Source: the human T2T-CHM13v2.0 reference genome, Homo sapiens
Strand: one strand, 5' to 3'
Assembly: GCF_009914755.1 (NCBI RefSeq)
Contig: NC_060948.1
DNA: 64,000 bases
Part shown: positions 26,373 through 40,139 of the stretch, piece by piece
How positions within the stretch are numbered: the first letter of the stretch is position 1
Layout: each line of letters opens with the position of its first letter
The notes under the pieces: generated by a model
What the model saw: only the letters and a program-made list of their open reading frames with translations
What the model was told of the DNA's origin: nothing
Database searches by the model: none
Made by a program: the position numbers and the translations under genes

Positions 26373-27024
26373 CCAGATATATATCCATTGAATTGAACTG
26401 CAGAAATATTGTTTTAATGTAAATTTATTTTATGTACCCCTTCCAGAGCCTCTTATTTAGTCAGTCTGGCATATATCCTAGGATGCTGTGCACTTCAGAA
26501 TTGCCCCCAAGTAATTCTAATGCAGAATAATTAAGGAACAAACTTAAAGGCACTTTATTATGGATCAGGCTTGCTCAAATTTTCTTGCTGCTAAGAATAT
26601 TCTTGGTTGACTGACAAATATATAGCTTTCCAGCCTCCTTACCTGGAGATTGTGATTCAGTCACTCGGAGGCCTGGCCAAGTGTAGTTTGGTAAATCACG
26701 TATGTGGGGTGATTTTTATCTTCAGAAAAGTTTAGGAAACTTTGGAATGGATTCTCTGTTTAACCAGGAGCTATGCCTGCAATTCAAGTAAACTGTACTT
26801 GATGACTGTGTATTCTTTCTGTAAGCATTGTTAGGCACTGAACTACTTTCTAAGGGAGTACCAGTCAATCATCCACTGTAGTTCAAAAAAGATAGCCCTT
26901 GCTCATTGCTTGATATTTTATTTTTTATATTACTCCATTTAATCATTTATCAAGCTCTATAGTTCCTACCTTCAATGAGCTTGTTAATGGGGAAAGAGGG
27001 CAGATATTAAATAAACAGTCACAT

Positions 27025-27486
27025 TAAGAAAGGAGACCACCCCTTATATTGTCTTATACCCAATTTCTGCCTCCAAAGAAAGCAGAAGTAAAAACTAAAA
27101 TGCAGAAATAAAATCCACAAGCAGACAGTCCAGTGCCACACCCTGGGCCTGATAGTTAAAGATCAACCCCTGACCTAATAGGTTATGTTATCTATAGATT
27201 ACAGACATTGTATAGAAACGCACTGTGAAAATCCCTGTCCTGTTTTGTTCCGATCTAATTACTTGTGCATGCAGCCCCTAGTCATGTACCCCCTGCTTGC
27301 TCAATCAATCGAGACCCTCTCACAGGCACCCCCTTAGAGTTGTGAGCCCTTAAAAGGGACAGGAATTTCTCACTCAGGGAGCTCAGCTCTTGAGACAGGA
27401 GTCTTACTGATGCTCCCAGTTGAATAAACTGCTTCCTTCTTTAACTCGGTGTCTGAGGGGTTTTGTCTGTGGCATGTCCTGCTACA
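27025..27486 (+). promoter_or_regulatory. HERV-E 5' LTR (LTR2)
   Basis: ggagaccacccc..atattgtcttat..cccaatttctgcctccaaagaaag; TATA-like ccttaaaaggg, AATAAA at about 27423, ends cctgctaca. Confidence 0.93.
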
Positions 27487-27491
27487 TTTCT

Positions 27492-27509
27492 TGGTTCCCT
27501 CACCAAGAA
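27492..27509 (+). other. Primer-binding site, tRNA-Glu
   Basis: tggttccctcaccaagaa versus TGGTTCCCTGACCGGGAA (3 mismatches). Confidence 0.88.
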
Positions 27510-28032
27510 GCAAGATGATTAATGGAGAGTTGAGTCAGCTCCTTAGGTGGCTTAGGTCTGCCCTGTGGAGCATCCCTGTGGGGGACTCTGGCCCACTGGA
27601 GGGATGCAGATCCTGAGAGTGCTCCCAGGTAGGCAATTGCCCTGGTGGAATGCTTTGCCAAAGCGGTGCATGGCAGGGCCCTGTGGAGTATCAACACAGT
27701 GCCTGCACACCGGGAAGGAACTGGCACTTGGAGTCCAGATAACTGAAACTTGGTAAGACTAGTCTTGGGAACTTGCCCACTCCATTTCAGTGGAAGCGTG
27801 GCCTGATAACCCATGGTGTGTCTGTACAGCACTTTGTTTTTTCTTTTTGACTTGACTTGGATTGCTTGAGACTTTGGTTTTGGATTTGACCTCACTTGGA
27901 TTTCTTGATACTCTGATTTTGGTTTTGATTCTGGTTTGGTGTAAACTGTAAAAGTGTGTGTGTGCCCTTTTTACCCATTCTTTGTTTTATGGTGTGCGTG
28001 TGGTGTAAGCATGGTGTATTGTCTAGAGGAAA

Positions 28033-29620
28033 CGTGGATCAGGCACAAACTAAGCCCACCCCACTAGGAACTATGTTGAAAATTTTCAAAAAGGGATTTA
28101 GGGGAGACTATGAAGTCACCATGACACCAGAAAAACTTAGAACTTTGTGTGAGATAGACTGGCCAGCATTAGAGGTGTGTTGGCCATCAGAAGGAAGCCT
28201 GGGCATGTCCCTTGTCTCAAAGGTATGGCACAGGGTAACCTGTAAGTTAGGGCACCTGGATCAGTCCCATATATAGATTCTTTGTTACAGTTGGTTTTGG
28301 AGCCCCCACAGTAGTTAAGAGGACAGGCAGCAGCAGTAGTAGTAGCAAAGGGAGAGTTAGTTAAGGAAGGTTCTTTCTCCACCCACAGAGGGAAGTCGGC
28401 ACCAAAAGTCCTGTCCGACCCAACACCAGAAGAATCATGGCAGGAATTGATACCAGAAGTACCCACTCCTTATCAAGAGGAAGTGTTCCCCACCCCTAAG
28501 CCCACAGCACCTCCACCTTCACCAGATAACCACACCCCTAGACCACCCAGACTAGACAAAAGAGGAAGAGAAACTGCAGGAGAAACTCCTCCCTTGGCAG
28601 CTAGCTTACAGCCTGAGACTGGAATCCAAATGTCCCTGAGAGAGCACCAATGTACTGGGGTAGATGAGGATGGACACATGTTGGAAAGGCGTGCCTTTGT
28701 ATTTCAACCTTTCATCTCTACTGACCTCCTCAATTGGAAAAATAATATTCTATCTTACACTGAAAAGCCTCAAGCTTTAACTGACTTGCTCCAAACCATT
28801 GTACAGACTCATAATCCTACTTGGGCTGATTGCCACCAGCTGCTTATGTACCTCTTTAATATAGATGAAAGGCAAAGGGTGCTCCAGGTGGGAACTAAGT
28901 GGCTAGAAGAGCATGTCCTAGCTGATTACCAAAACCCCCAAGAGTATATAAGAATTCAACTGCCAGGAACAGACCCCCAGTGGGACCGGAATGAGGGACC
29001 AGACATGGAGAAGCTAAGATGGTACCATGAGGCATTAATAGAAGGTCTAAAGAAAGGGGCTCAATAGGCTACAAATGTAAATAAGGTCTCTGAGGTCATC
29101 CAAGGAAAAGAGGAAAGTCCAGCACAGTTTTATGAAAGACTGTGTGAGGCTTACCGTCTGCACACTCCTCTTGATCCAGCTAGTCCTGAAAATCAGCGTA
29201 TGATTAATATGGCCTTAGTTAGTCAAAGCACAGAAGATATCAGGAGAAAATTGCAGAAACAGGCTGAGTTTGCAGGTATGAATACCTCATGTTTACTGGA
29301 AAGAACCAATCAAGTGTTTATGAATAGAGATGCAACAAGCCACAGAGAAAGCCTTAAGGAAGGCTAGTCAAAATGCCTACTTATTGGCCACAGCCATTAT
29401 GGGAATTCCCCTGAAAGGAGAGGGAAAGGGGTGTTCTGGGAAGAATACCCAGTCTAACCACCAATGCTGGCAATGTAACCAATGAGCCTATTGTAAGGAA
29501 ATAGGACATTGGAAAGATAAGTATCCCCAAATGATGGAAAAGCAAGTTTATTCAGAGCAAAAGACCTCAGATAAAGACAAGGGAGCTTTGTTCAAGCTGG
29601 CTGAAGGGCTACTGGACTGA
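28033..29620 (+). pseudogene. gag: HERV-E gag (disrupted)
   Basis: TLCEIDWPALEV (MA), QPFISTDLLNWK..THNPTWADCHQLL (CA), QGKEESPAQFYERL (MHR), decayed CCHC, and a TGA at the gag-pol junction. Stops and frameshifts present. Confidence 0.88.
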
Positions 29621-32600
29621 AAGGGGCCAGGCTTAAGCACCCCTAAGGAGCCCAAGGTCAGGATTACAACTGGAGGCAAGGACATTAAGTTTTTGGTTGA
29701 TACTGGTGCTGAACATTCAGTAGTGACCACCCTGGTCACCCCCTTATTCAAGAAAACCATTGATATAATCAGAGCAACAGGAGTTTCCACTAAGCACACT
29801 TTCTGTCTACCACGGACCTGCTCAGTGGGGGGACCTAAGATAGTTCACCAGTTCTTGTACATGTGTGACTTTCATCTGCCCTTGCTTGGAAGAGACTTGC
29901 TTAGCAAGCTGAGAGCCACCATCTCCTTTACAAAACAGGGCTCTTTATGCTAAAGTTACTGGGAACAGGAGTTATCATGACCCTTGCAGTCCCCAGGGAA
30001 GAAGAATGGAGACTTTTTCTAACCAACCTAGGCCAAGAGATAAAAACAGCTCTAGCTAAGTGATGGCTCCAAGTATGGGCAGAGGATAATCCTCTGGGAC
30101 TGATGGTCAACAAAGCCTCCATACTCATAAAAGTTAAGCCCAACCAATTCTACAAAAGCAGTATCTGGTTCCCAGAGAAGCTCTCAAAGGAATCCAGGTT
30201 CATCTCCGGTACTTGATAGCCTATGGAATTATAGTTCCTTGCCAGTCTCCATGGAACAAACCCCTCCTGCCTGTCCCTGAGACTGCCAGCCAGTACAGCA
30301 CTTGCGCTTGGTCAACCAAGCTACAGTGACTCTGCACCCAACAGTTCCTAACCTTTACACATTTTTAGGGCTGCTGCTGGCTGAGGACAGCTGGTTTACC
30401 TGTCTGGAGTTAAAAGATGTCTTCTTTAGCATCAGACTAGATCCTGAGAGCCAGAACCTCTTTGCCTTTCAGTAGGAATACCTGGAAGCAGGTGTCACTA
30501 CTTAGTACACTTGGACCCTGCTTCCACCAAGGGTTCAAGAACTCCACTACTATCTTTGGGGAGGCCCTGGTTTGAAACCTGCAAAAGTTTCCTCCTGAAG
30601 ACCTAGGCTGCATCTTGATCCTGTACGTGGACAACCATCTGCTGGGTCACTCCATGGAGTCGGGTGTGCAAAAGGGAAGAGTGTCCTGCTTTGGCACCTT
30701 TAGGACCATGGGTATAAGGTTTCCAAGAAGAAATCTCAGATCTGCAGACAGCAGGTATGCTACCTGGGATTCACTATTCAGAAAGAGGAGCGCGGCCTGG
30801 TGTCAGAAAAAAGCAGGTCATATACAGCCTACCAGAACCTAGAACCAGAAGACAAGTAAAGGAATTCCTAGGAGCTGTGGGGTTTTGCAGATTATGGATT
30901 CCTAACTTTGCAGTACTAGAAAAACCTTTGTACAGGGTTACACAGGGGGGTGACTGGGTGCTTTTTGAATGGAGGCCTCTACAATAGCAAGACTTTTGTA
31001 AGTTAAAGGAAAAATTTATGTCGACCCCCGCCATAGGACTACCAGATTTGACAAAGCCCTTTGCATTCTATGTGTCAGAAAGAGAAAAAATGGCAGTTGG
31101 AGTTTTAACTCAGACTGTGGGGCCCTGGCCAAGGCCAGTAGTCTACCTCTCAAAACAACTAGATGGGGTTTCCAAAGGCTGGCCACCATGTCTAAGGGCC
31201 CTGGCAGCAACAGCCCTGTTAGCACAAGAAGCAAATAAAATTGCCGTTGGGCAAAACCTGAATGAAAAGGCCCCCCATCTGTGGTAACTTTGATGAACAC
31301 GAAAGTACATCATTGGCTAAAAAATGCTCTATTAACCAAGTACCAAAACTTGCTATGTGAAAATCTGCACATAGATATTGAAATCTGTAACACCCTAAAT
31401 CCTGCCACCAGGCTTCCAGTATCAGAGAGACTGATTGCATATAACTGTGTAGAGGTGTTGGACTCAGTCAATTCTAGCAGATCTGACCTTCGGGACAAGC
31501 CATGGGCATCAGTAGACTGGGAGTTATACATGGAGGGGACCAGCTTTATCAATCCACAAGGATAAAGATGTGCATGATATGTGGTGGTAACATTGGACAC
31601 TGTCGTTGAAGCCAAACCATTTCCACAGGACACTTCAGCCCAGAAGGCTGAACTCATTGCTTAAATAACTTGGGCTCTGGAACTCAGTGAAGGTAAGACT
31701 GTAAACAGCTACACTGACTCTTGATACACCTTTCTAACCCTCCATGTGCATAGAGCATTATGTAAGGAAAAGTGCCGTTAAACTTTGAGGGAAAGAACAT
31801 AAAATATCAACAAGAAATTCTAAAATTATTAGAGGCAGTGTGGAAACCTCAGAAGGTGGCAGTCTTGCACTGCAGTGGACACCAGTGATCCTCCACCTCA
31901 GTGGCCTTAGGATACCCTTGAGCTGATTCAGAAGCTCAAAAAGCAGCATCTACTTCTTACTGGGCATCAGTAGCTATCCCCTTACTCCCTCAAATCCCTG
32001 ACTTGGTATCTGCCTATTCTAAGGTAGAAAAAGACTTCTTCCATGCAGAAGTGGGGCAAGTAATAAAAGGAGGATGGATCAGACTGCCAGATTTGAGGGT
32101 AGCTCTGCCACAGTTGCTGGGAGTCACAGTCGTATTGAACATGCACAAAACACTCATCTAGGACAAGAGTCACTTGAGGAATTGTTAGGCCAGTATTTCT
32201 ACATCTCACACTTGCCAGCACTTGCCAAAGCAGTAGCACGATGGTGTGTTACTTGCCAACAGCCAATGCGAGGCAAGGCCCCACAGTTCCACCATTCATA
32301 CAAGCTTATGGAGCGGCTCCTTTTGAGGATATTCAGGGGGATTTCACAGAAATGCTGCAATGTAGAGGTAACAAGTATTTGCGGGTTCTTCTGTGTACTT
32401 ACACTGGGTGGGTGGAGGCTTATCCAACAAGAACTGAAGAGGCCTACGAGGTAAAACATCTGCTTCTCTGAAATCTTATTCCTAGGTTTGGACTGCCCTT
32501 ATGAATCAGCTCAAATAACTGGCTGGCGTTTTTGCCTGACTTGGTACAGAAGACAGCAAAGGCATTAGGACTCACTTGGAAGCTACATGCTGTTTATGGA

Positions 32601-33146
32601 CCTCAGAGTTCTGGAAAGGTGGAGCGAATGAATCAGACTATCAAAAATTGTTTAGGGAAAGTAAGTCAGGAAACAGGATTCAAGTGGATACAAGCCCTTC
32701 CTATGGTATTGTTTAAAATTAGATGCACTTCTTCTAAGAAAACAGGATAATGTCCTTATGAAATACTGTACCATAGGCCTCCTCCTATACTATGGGAGCT
32801 TCCAGGCACTCCCAGAGAGTTAGGTGAAATTGAATTACAGCGACAACTACAGGCTTTAGGAAAAATTACACAAACAATCTCAACTTGGGTAAATGAGAGG
32901 TGTCCCATCAGCTTATTCTGCCCAGTTCACCCTTTCTCTCCAGGTGATTGCTTGTGGACCAAGGACTGGAACGTAGCCCCTTTGGGGCCACGGTGGAAAG
33001 GACCTCAGATCATCATCCTGACCACCCCCATGGCTGTAAACGTAGAAGGAATCCCAGCCTGGATCCACCACAGCTGTGTGAAACCTGCAGCCAGTGAAAC
33101 CTGGGAGGCAAAACCGAGCCCAGACAACCCAGCAAAGCGACTCTGA
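29621..33146 (+). pseudogene. pol: HERV-E pro-pol (disrupted)
   Basis: FLVDTGAEHS (protease), LYVDN (mutated YVDD), FLGAVGFCRLWIPNFA, RNase H and integrase motifs (GWVEAYPTR, PQSSGKVERMN, WKGP..WIHHS). Confidence 0.9.
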
Positions 33147-33206
33147 GGACAATAAGACCTGTTCCAGTCACACCCAGAAGCTGACTGTTTTATGAATGTC
33201 TGAAGC

Positions 33207-35255
33207 ATGAGAACAATCATCATGGGACTCATTTTCCTTATAATTTGGACTTGTGTAGTAAAAACTTCCACTGTTTTTCCCCACATGGAGGACAGCTGTC
33301 AGTGTATATATCAGGTTACCAAGTTAGGGCAACAAGTTAAAACAATATTTCTGTTCTATAGTTACTATGAATGCCTAGGAACTTTAAAAGGAAAATGTTT
33401 ATATAATGACACTCAGTACAAGGTATGTAGCCCAGGAAATGACTGATCAGATGTGTGTTAGGACCCCTCTGAGCCTCCCATGTCCACAGTTTTTGAAATA
33501 AGATTAAGGACTGAAGACTGGTGGGGACTCATAAATGATACAAGTTAAGTATTAGCCAATAAAGAAGAAAAAGAGGAGCCTGAAAGGATAATCTTGAAAT
33601 TTGATCCCTGTGCTGTCATTAATAGCAATAAGTTAGAAAGGGGATTGGCTCTTTTTGTTGGAAAAAAGGCTATATGACCAAAAATAAGTACATTTGTCAT
33701 GATTTAGGACTCTGTGGAAATGAATGTGGATACTGCTCTTGTTTCATGTGGACCACTTGGATAAAAAATGAAAGGGATTCAGTCCACCTTCAGAAAGGGA
33801 AAAATGGACCTTCCTGTACCAAGGGACAATGTAACCCCTTAGAGCTAACAAAAACCAATCCCCTTGATCATCGCTGAAAAAGGGGGAGTGTGTGGCCTTA
33901 GGAATCAATGGGGCCAGACTGGATCCTCCAGTAAATATCTTGGTTCAAGGAGAAGTTTACAAGCACTCTCCTGAGCAAGTGTGTCAAACTTTCTATGATG
34001 AATTAAATGTGCCAGTACCAAAAATTCCAGGAAAAACAAGAAATTTGTTTTTGCAATTAGCCGAGCATACAGCCTAGTCTCTCAATGTCACTTCATGTTA
34101 TGTATGTGGATAAACTGTAATGGGAGATCTATGGCCACGGAAAGCCCAAGAATTAGTACATACAGACGCAATTCCTGGCTCAGAAGAATCACCCTGATAA
34201 CTCCTGGGTCATAAAAGCCTAATTATTGGATAATATTTCATAGCTAGAGAAGGAAAATAATTAACTCACCCCTTAGGACAACTTAGTTGTCTTGGAAAAA
34301 AAACTGTCAACTGGTACCACAAAAACAGTCACTTGGTAGAGTTCAAATCACACAGAGAGGAATCCATTTAGTAAATTCCCAAAGCTGCAAATTGTGTAGA
34401 CCCACCCAGAGTCCCACAGGGACTGGACAGCCCTCACTGGATTATACTGGATATGTGGGCATGTAGCTTATGCCAAATTACCTGACTGGTGGGCAGGTAG
34501 TTGTGTTATTGGCTCTATTAAACCATCTTTCTTCCTACTGCCCATAAAACCAGGTGAACTCCTGGGCTTCCCTGTCTATGCTTCCCACGAAAAGAGGAGC
34601 ATAGCTATAGGAAATTGGAAAGATGTTGAATGGCCTCCTGAGAGAATAATACAATATTATGGGCCTGCTACTTGGGCACAAGATGTCTCGTGTGAATACT
34701 GGACCCGCATTTACATGATCAACTGAATAATATGGTTACAAGATATCTTAGAAATAATCACTAATAAAACTGGCAGAGCCTTGACTATTCTGGCCTCACA
34801 AGAAACTCGAAGAGAAATGCTATCATCAAAATAGATTGGCTCTCAACTACTTGGTAGCAGCTGAAGGAAAGATCTGTGGGAAATTTAACCTTACCAATTG
34901 CTGTCTACACAAAGGTGATCAGGGGCCAGTAGTTGAAGACATAGTTAGAGATATGACAAAACTGGAACATGTGCCCATGCAAGTGTGGCATGGATTTGAT
35001 CCTGGGGCCATGTTTGGAAAATGGTTCCCAGCACTAGGAGGATTTAAAACTCTTATAATAGGAGTTACAATAGTAATAGGATCCTGCTTACTGCTCCCTT
35101 CTTTGCTATCTGTACTTCTTCAAATGATAAAAAGCTTCATCACTATCATAGTTCACCAAAATGCTTCAGCACAAGTGTACTATATGAATCACTATCAATC
35201 TGTCTTGCATGAAGACATGGGTAATGAGAATGAAAGTGAGAACTCCCACTATTGA
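33207..35255 (+). pseudogene. env: HERV-E env (disrupted; last 139 codons open)
   Basis: Signal peptide MRTIIMGLIFLIIWTC, furin-like EKR|SIAIG near 34590, immunosuppressive domain LALNYLVAAEGKICGKFNLTNCC, and a TM helix. Confidence 0.88.
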
Positions 35256-35283
35256 GTAAGATTCTCAAAATGGGTGGGGGGAA

Positions 35284-35743
35284 TAAAGGAGGAGACCACC
35301 CCTCATATTGTCTTATGCCCAATTTCTGCCTCCAAAGAAAGAAGAAGTAAAAAATAAAGGCAGAAATAAAATCCACAAGCACACAGCCCAGCACCACACT
35401 CTGGGCCCGGTAGTTAAAGATCAACCCCTGACCTAATCAGTTATGTTATCTATAGATTATAGACATTGTATAGAAAAGCACTGTGAAAACCCCTGTCCTG
35501 TTTTGATCAGATCTAATTACCCATGCATGCACCCCCAGTCACGTACCCCCTGCTGGCTCAATCGATCATGACCCTCTCACGTGCACGCCCTTAGAGTTGT
35601 TAGCCCTTAAAAGGGACAGGAATTGCTCACTCAGGGAGCTAGCCTCTTGAGACAGGAGTTTTACTGATGCTTCTGGCTAAATAAACCACTTCCTTCTTTA
35701 ACTCGGTGTCTGAGGGGTTTTGTCTATGGCTTCTCCTGCTACA
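35284..35743 (+). promoter_or_regulatory. HERV-E 3' LTR (LTR2)
   Basis: Direct repeat of the 5'LTR, preceded by the PPT aaaatgggtggggggaa. Confidence 0.93.
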
Positions 35744-37754
35744 ACATGAAAACATCATTACAACTCATAGGCAATATGAATAAATACTAAAGGCTGCAAT
35801 GAAAGATTATAAGGGAACCTGATTGCTTGGGAGTGATAATTCAGGAGAAACTTTTCTAAGGAACTGATTTAAATTATTTTTAGTTAATTTGATACTGCAG
35901 CTTTCTTCTGACCCTATCACATTGAATTACTAGTATAAATCTATTCCAGGCATCTTGATGCTGGGCTCAGTTGTGAATAGATTGATAACTCTGGATCTAT
36001 TGGTCCTTTTGTACTGATCAATGAAAATGTCACAATTCTTTGATTTACAACTTCTCATAGATCTTAGTTTTCTTCCTTCTGATTAGGCTGAACTGGTTGA
36101 TAAGCAGATTGCAGATACAATTTTATACATCCATAAATTTGGTTAATGAGAATCCCTTTCCCCCACTCTATTGTTTGATCCCTTCATAAGCATCAAATTT
36201 CCTGAGTTCTCTCACCGACTTTTCTAATATCCTTAGTCAGCAACACAATTGTCAACCTGACTAGCTCAGTGTCTGCTCCCTTGCCCAGCTGTTCTCTTAC
36301 CCTCTCTTGACATTCAAGGACAGAACTTTTACTGAGCAATCTTCCAAATGCAAGTTAAACCCCTCCACTACTGAACTTATGGAAATCAACATTGAAGAAA
36401 CAATCTACACAATTAATTTCACTCTTCTGTCAATATTACTACATAAAGAAGAAAAACAGCAACTTCTAACTATTTTAAGAAAAAATCAACAGTCCCAATG
36501 TAAGGACTGAGTGTTTTCATTAGCATGTTAAATACTTTAAAATTTCTAAAGGGTTTTATCACACATTTTCTTTTGTGCCTATTTTTCTATGTAGGGGAGT
36601 TGTGAGTATAATTTTACTGATAATAAAACCATGGCTCAGAGACGGAAATGTGTAGCCTGAGGTCAAAACCTCACCTAGTACAATCTGTTTCTACTTCTGA
36701 TTATAATGACAAAGTAGCTCACTCAATTTTGCAGCTTGTCTTATCTTGTGTTCTCTCTTCTTGTCCCTGGGAGGCTGTTTATTTGCAGTTCAACAAAGCT
36801 CCTGCAACTTTTATTTGCTTTCTCCAGTTATTCCTGCTGTTTGAGAGCTAGGTCATCAAAGCTTTGCTTGAATCCTGACACTTTAGCCATGAAAATTTTA
36901 CAATTTTCACTGCTCTACTTGGAAGCTTAACTATACTGAACTCCCATTGTTTCTGAATAGAGAAAGTGCTGCAGCAAGAACCCCATGTGTTTCAGGTGGT
37001 TTTACTGAGGAAATCTTACACACCCACAGGTTGTGACCTGTGGGAAAAACTCTCTAGCCAACTAACAGCACACGCTGGATCACTGCCTCTTAAAAACCCA
37101 TATCCTGTCCTGCCATCTGTAGGTATGGTTGTTTTAAGGATTACTCTGTGCAGAATTTTCCATATAATTCAGAAAGCCAGATTTTTTTATCTAGGTTATC
37201 ATTAGGAATTCTTTCCATTATGACTATTTTTAAAAGAATAATTTAAGAATAGCATTGCAAGCTTTTCAAATGTACAGAATGCGGTTTTCCTCCCAACTCT
37301 ATTCTAGTCACTATCAAAGACAGGGAACTGGGTCCTTCCTAAAGTCTTATATCTACCTCTGTGAACATTGAGGCAGAAAGGAAACTGGCCTCACCAGACT
37401 CTTTTTCATCCTCAATTCTACCTTTTGCTCTTTATCATTCAATAGTTTTCTCTGGTTCTTAAGCTGTCATGAAAAAGAAACTGCAGTTGCTCAAGTGCTC
37501 TTCATAAATGTTTTCTGAATTTCACTTTGAGACCTAGATGTAAGAAAACATACTCAGGCACATGTCTGCTCTTTGCCTTTCGGTAATCTGACTATATTTG
37601 AAAACGTCTTTCCTTCAGCACTGGTCTTTGCACTTTAGCTCCCACTTAGCACTCTATCCTCCCTATCACCGTCTGACCACTCTTACCATGTACGTAGGAC
37701 TCATTAAAATAGCAGTATATAAACTTCTGATTCCATTGTCTTAAAATGTCTAAT

Positions 37755-37985
37755 ATGGTTGAGAGTCAAAATGTCTGGATTTAAAACCTGGCTCTACTGC
37801 TTATGAGAAAGTTGCCACAACTCTCTGGATCTTAGTCTCTTCAACTGCAGAATGAGAAAATTGAAAGTATCTACCAACCCCGAGTTGCAATGGGAATGAA
37901 AAGTGATAAGGCATGCAAAGTGCTCAGAATAAGGTTGAGCAGGTAATAAGGATGCAATAAATGTGAACTATATTATTATCACCCC
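37755..37985 (+). mobile_element. MIR
   Basis: gagtcaaaatgtctggatttaaaacctggctctactgctta...ctgcagaatgag...gcatgcaaagtgctcagaa. Further MIR relics lie near 42330-42660, 47560-47720, 51490-51680, 53000-53200 and 56740-56850. Confidence 0.7.
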
Positions 37986-39106
37986 AATGTATGTTTCTGT
38001 TAGATAGAGTCAACCTTATTGATATCACAGGTCTACCATGAAAAGTAAATCATGTAGGCAGAATGCCTAGCACAGGGTCTGGTATAAAACAGACATGTGG
38101 TAAATACTCCCATTCTGCAACAAATCACTCCTCCTTTCCATGCCTCCTTGCTTAATGTGAAGAGTCGTTTTCCTCATATATTTTTTCTTTTCTGAATTGA
38201 TTATTATACTACAATTCTAAAATGAACGTTAAAGTACTGGGTTTGAATTAAGTCCAAAAATATGGGGAAAAAATGTAAAAAGAAAAATTGTCAAGTAGCA
38301 GCTGTGTTGTTAGGCAAGGAGATATTAGAGTGGTGACTCATTTATAAGAAGTTTCTTTTAACTCTACAGTGAAGTGGACATTGTAATAGCCCTTACCTTC
38401 TGGTCATAAAATACTTGAGGACTGCCAGAAAAAAACTGAAAAACTGGCTATTCTACCTGAGGTCATACTTTTTAATTGCATGAAGTCAAGTGTAATGTGT
38501 AATCACTTAACTTCTGTTCAACTGGTGCCACTTTTCAATTTGTTCTTTTTAATAGTCTCACAGACTCCTCAGCCTGGGAGAGGATAGGAAATGCCATATT
38601 CTCCTACTTGAGTTATAGTGTTTGATGGCCTCTACGTCACTCCTGCCAGGTGGTCATCCAGTCTCAGTTGATGTCTTTCAGGGTGAGGAAGCTCACAATA
38701 TCCAGAGAGCTGCCTAAACCAGTTTGAGAGAGATATATCTGTGAGAAAACCTTTCTTTTGATGAGCCAAAGTTTGGCTTCACATGTTCGTTGCTAACATC
38801 CTAATATTGTCTCTTCAGGCCTTATAGAACTAGTGTCCTCTTTCGTGTGAAATAATAGCCAATCTATTACTGGAAGAAAATTCTCATATCCTTCACAGAT
38901 GTTTTTGTTTCTCCACATGGATACTATTCTAAGCTAATTAACATTTTTTTTTAAATTGAAATAAGTATCCAGATAACGTAGACCCAGGGATGCATTCATT
39001 CCCGGTATTTAGTATACCCTTAAACAATTTTCAGATTTGGGAACACATTGCATGCCTCCAGATGCCACTCCATAATGATTTATTTGAGGGAATAGCAGTT
39101 GATGTT

Positions 39107-39485
39107 TGTCGTAGTTCATTCAGGCTGTTATAACAAAATACCATAAACTGGTGGCTTACAAAACAAAAACAAAAAAAACAGAAGTGCATTTCTCCTACTT
39201 CTGGAGTTTGGGAAGTTCAAGGACAAGATGACAGAGGAGGAGATATCTGGTGAGGGGCCACTTTCTGGTTCATATATGTTGCCTTCTAGCTGGGTCCTCA
39301 CATGGTAGAAGGGGAAAGACAGGTCTCTGGGGCTTATTTTGTAAGGGCACTCATCTCATTTATAAGGGCCTGACCACCCTGACCTAATCATACAGATTTT
39401 ACATTTGGATACCACCACATAAGTGATAATTTTTCAACATATAAATTTGTGAGGGGGTGGAATAAAAAGAATCAGTTTATAACAG
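39107..39485 (-). mobile_element. MLT1A/MSTD-type MaLR LTR
   Basis: tgtcgtagttcattcaggctgttataacaaaataccataaactgg...ctggagtttgggaagttcaagg...gacctaatca. Confidence 0.7.
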
Positions 39486-40139
39486 TTTTAGAAAAATATA
39501 GAATCTGTGTACAAATGTTTATTTATTCATTCATTCACCCCAAGTTGTAAATATTTGATATAATTTTTATGACATAAATGTATATTTTTCAGCATAATAT
39601 TTTACAATATTCTGTTCATATGAGCCCTCTCCCAACTTTATAGTAAAATAATCAACGTTTAATAAATGGGGGCAGAGGAGACAATTATTTTAAAAGATGG
39701 AAATAACACTGTTGCCATTACAACAATCCTTCTTTTTCCTTTGAACCACACTCTCCCTGTTCCATCAGTTTTCCTTCTTTTGCCTTTCTGGTTTTATGAT
39801 CTTCAGCATTTCCCATAGGCATTGAAGGCTCATGAGTCACAAGACAGCTTGGTGCTTGGGTCTTTTTTTCATATCCAGAATCAGTATGTCAGCTGGCACA
39901 TACTTTGACTTAGAGATTCACTTAATAACTACAGGACAGTAGAAAAATCATCCTAAGACAATGGAGAGGATAGTTATCATTACTTTGCCTTGTTCACTAG
40001 ATAAGGAAATGCAATGTGAAAGGCAGGAGAGCTCTAACATTGCTTGGTGCACCAAAGTATAAAGTTGGAACGTTACATTTATCTGGAGTAGCCATAATTT
40101 TAAACCCTTTGTGGTTTAGGTGGGATATCCAGAAAACTG

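Larger units (their letters stand above)
27025..35743 (+). mobile_element. Full-length defective HERV-E provirus (LTR2 at both ends)
   Basis: 5'LTR 27025-27486, 3'LTR 35284-35743, 4-bp TSD ACAT (27021-24 and 35744-47), tRNA-Glu PBS, PPT before the 3'LTR, and gag-pro-pol-env in order. Inserted into an L2 remnant that continues on both sides. Confidence 0.95.

Noticed and set aside
34836-35255. Open env TM ORF as a possibly co-opted envelope gene
   Set aside because: The SU region and the start of TM carry many stops and frameshifts, and the ORF starts at TTG with no signal peptide.
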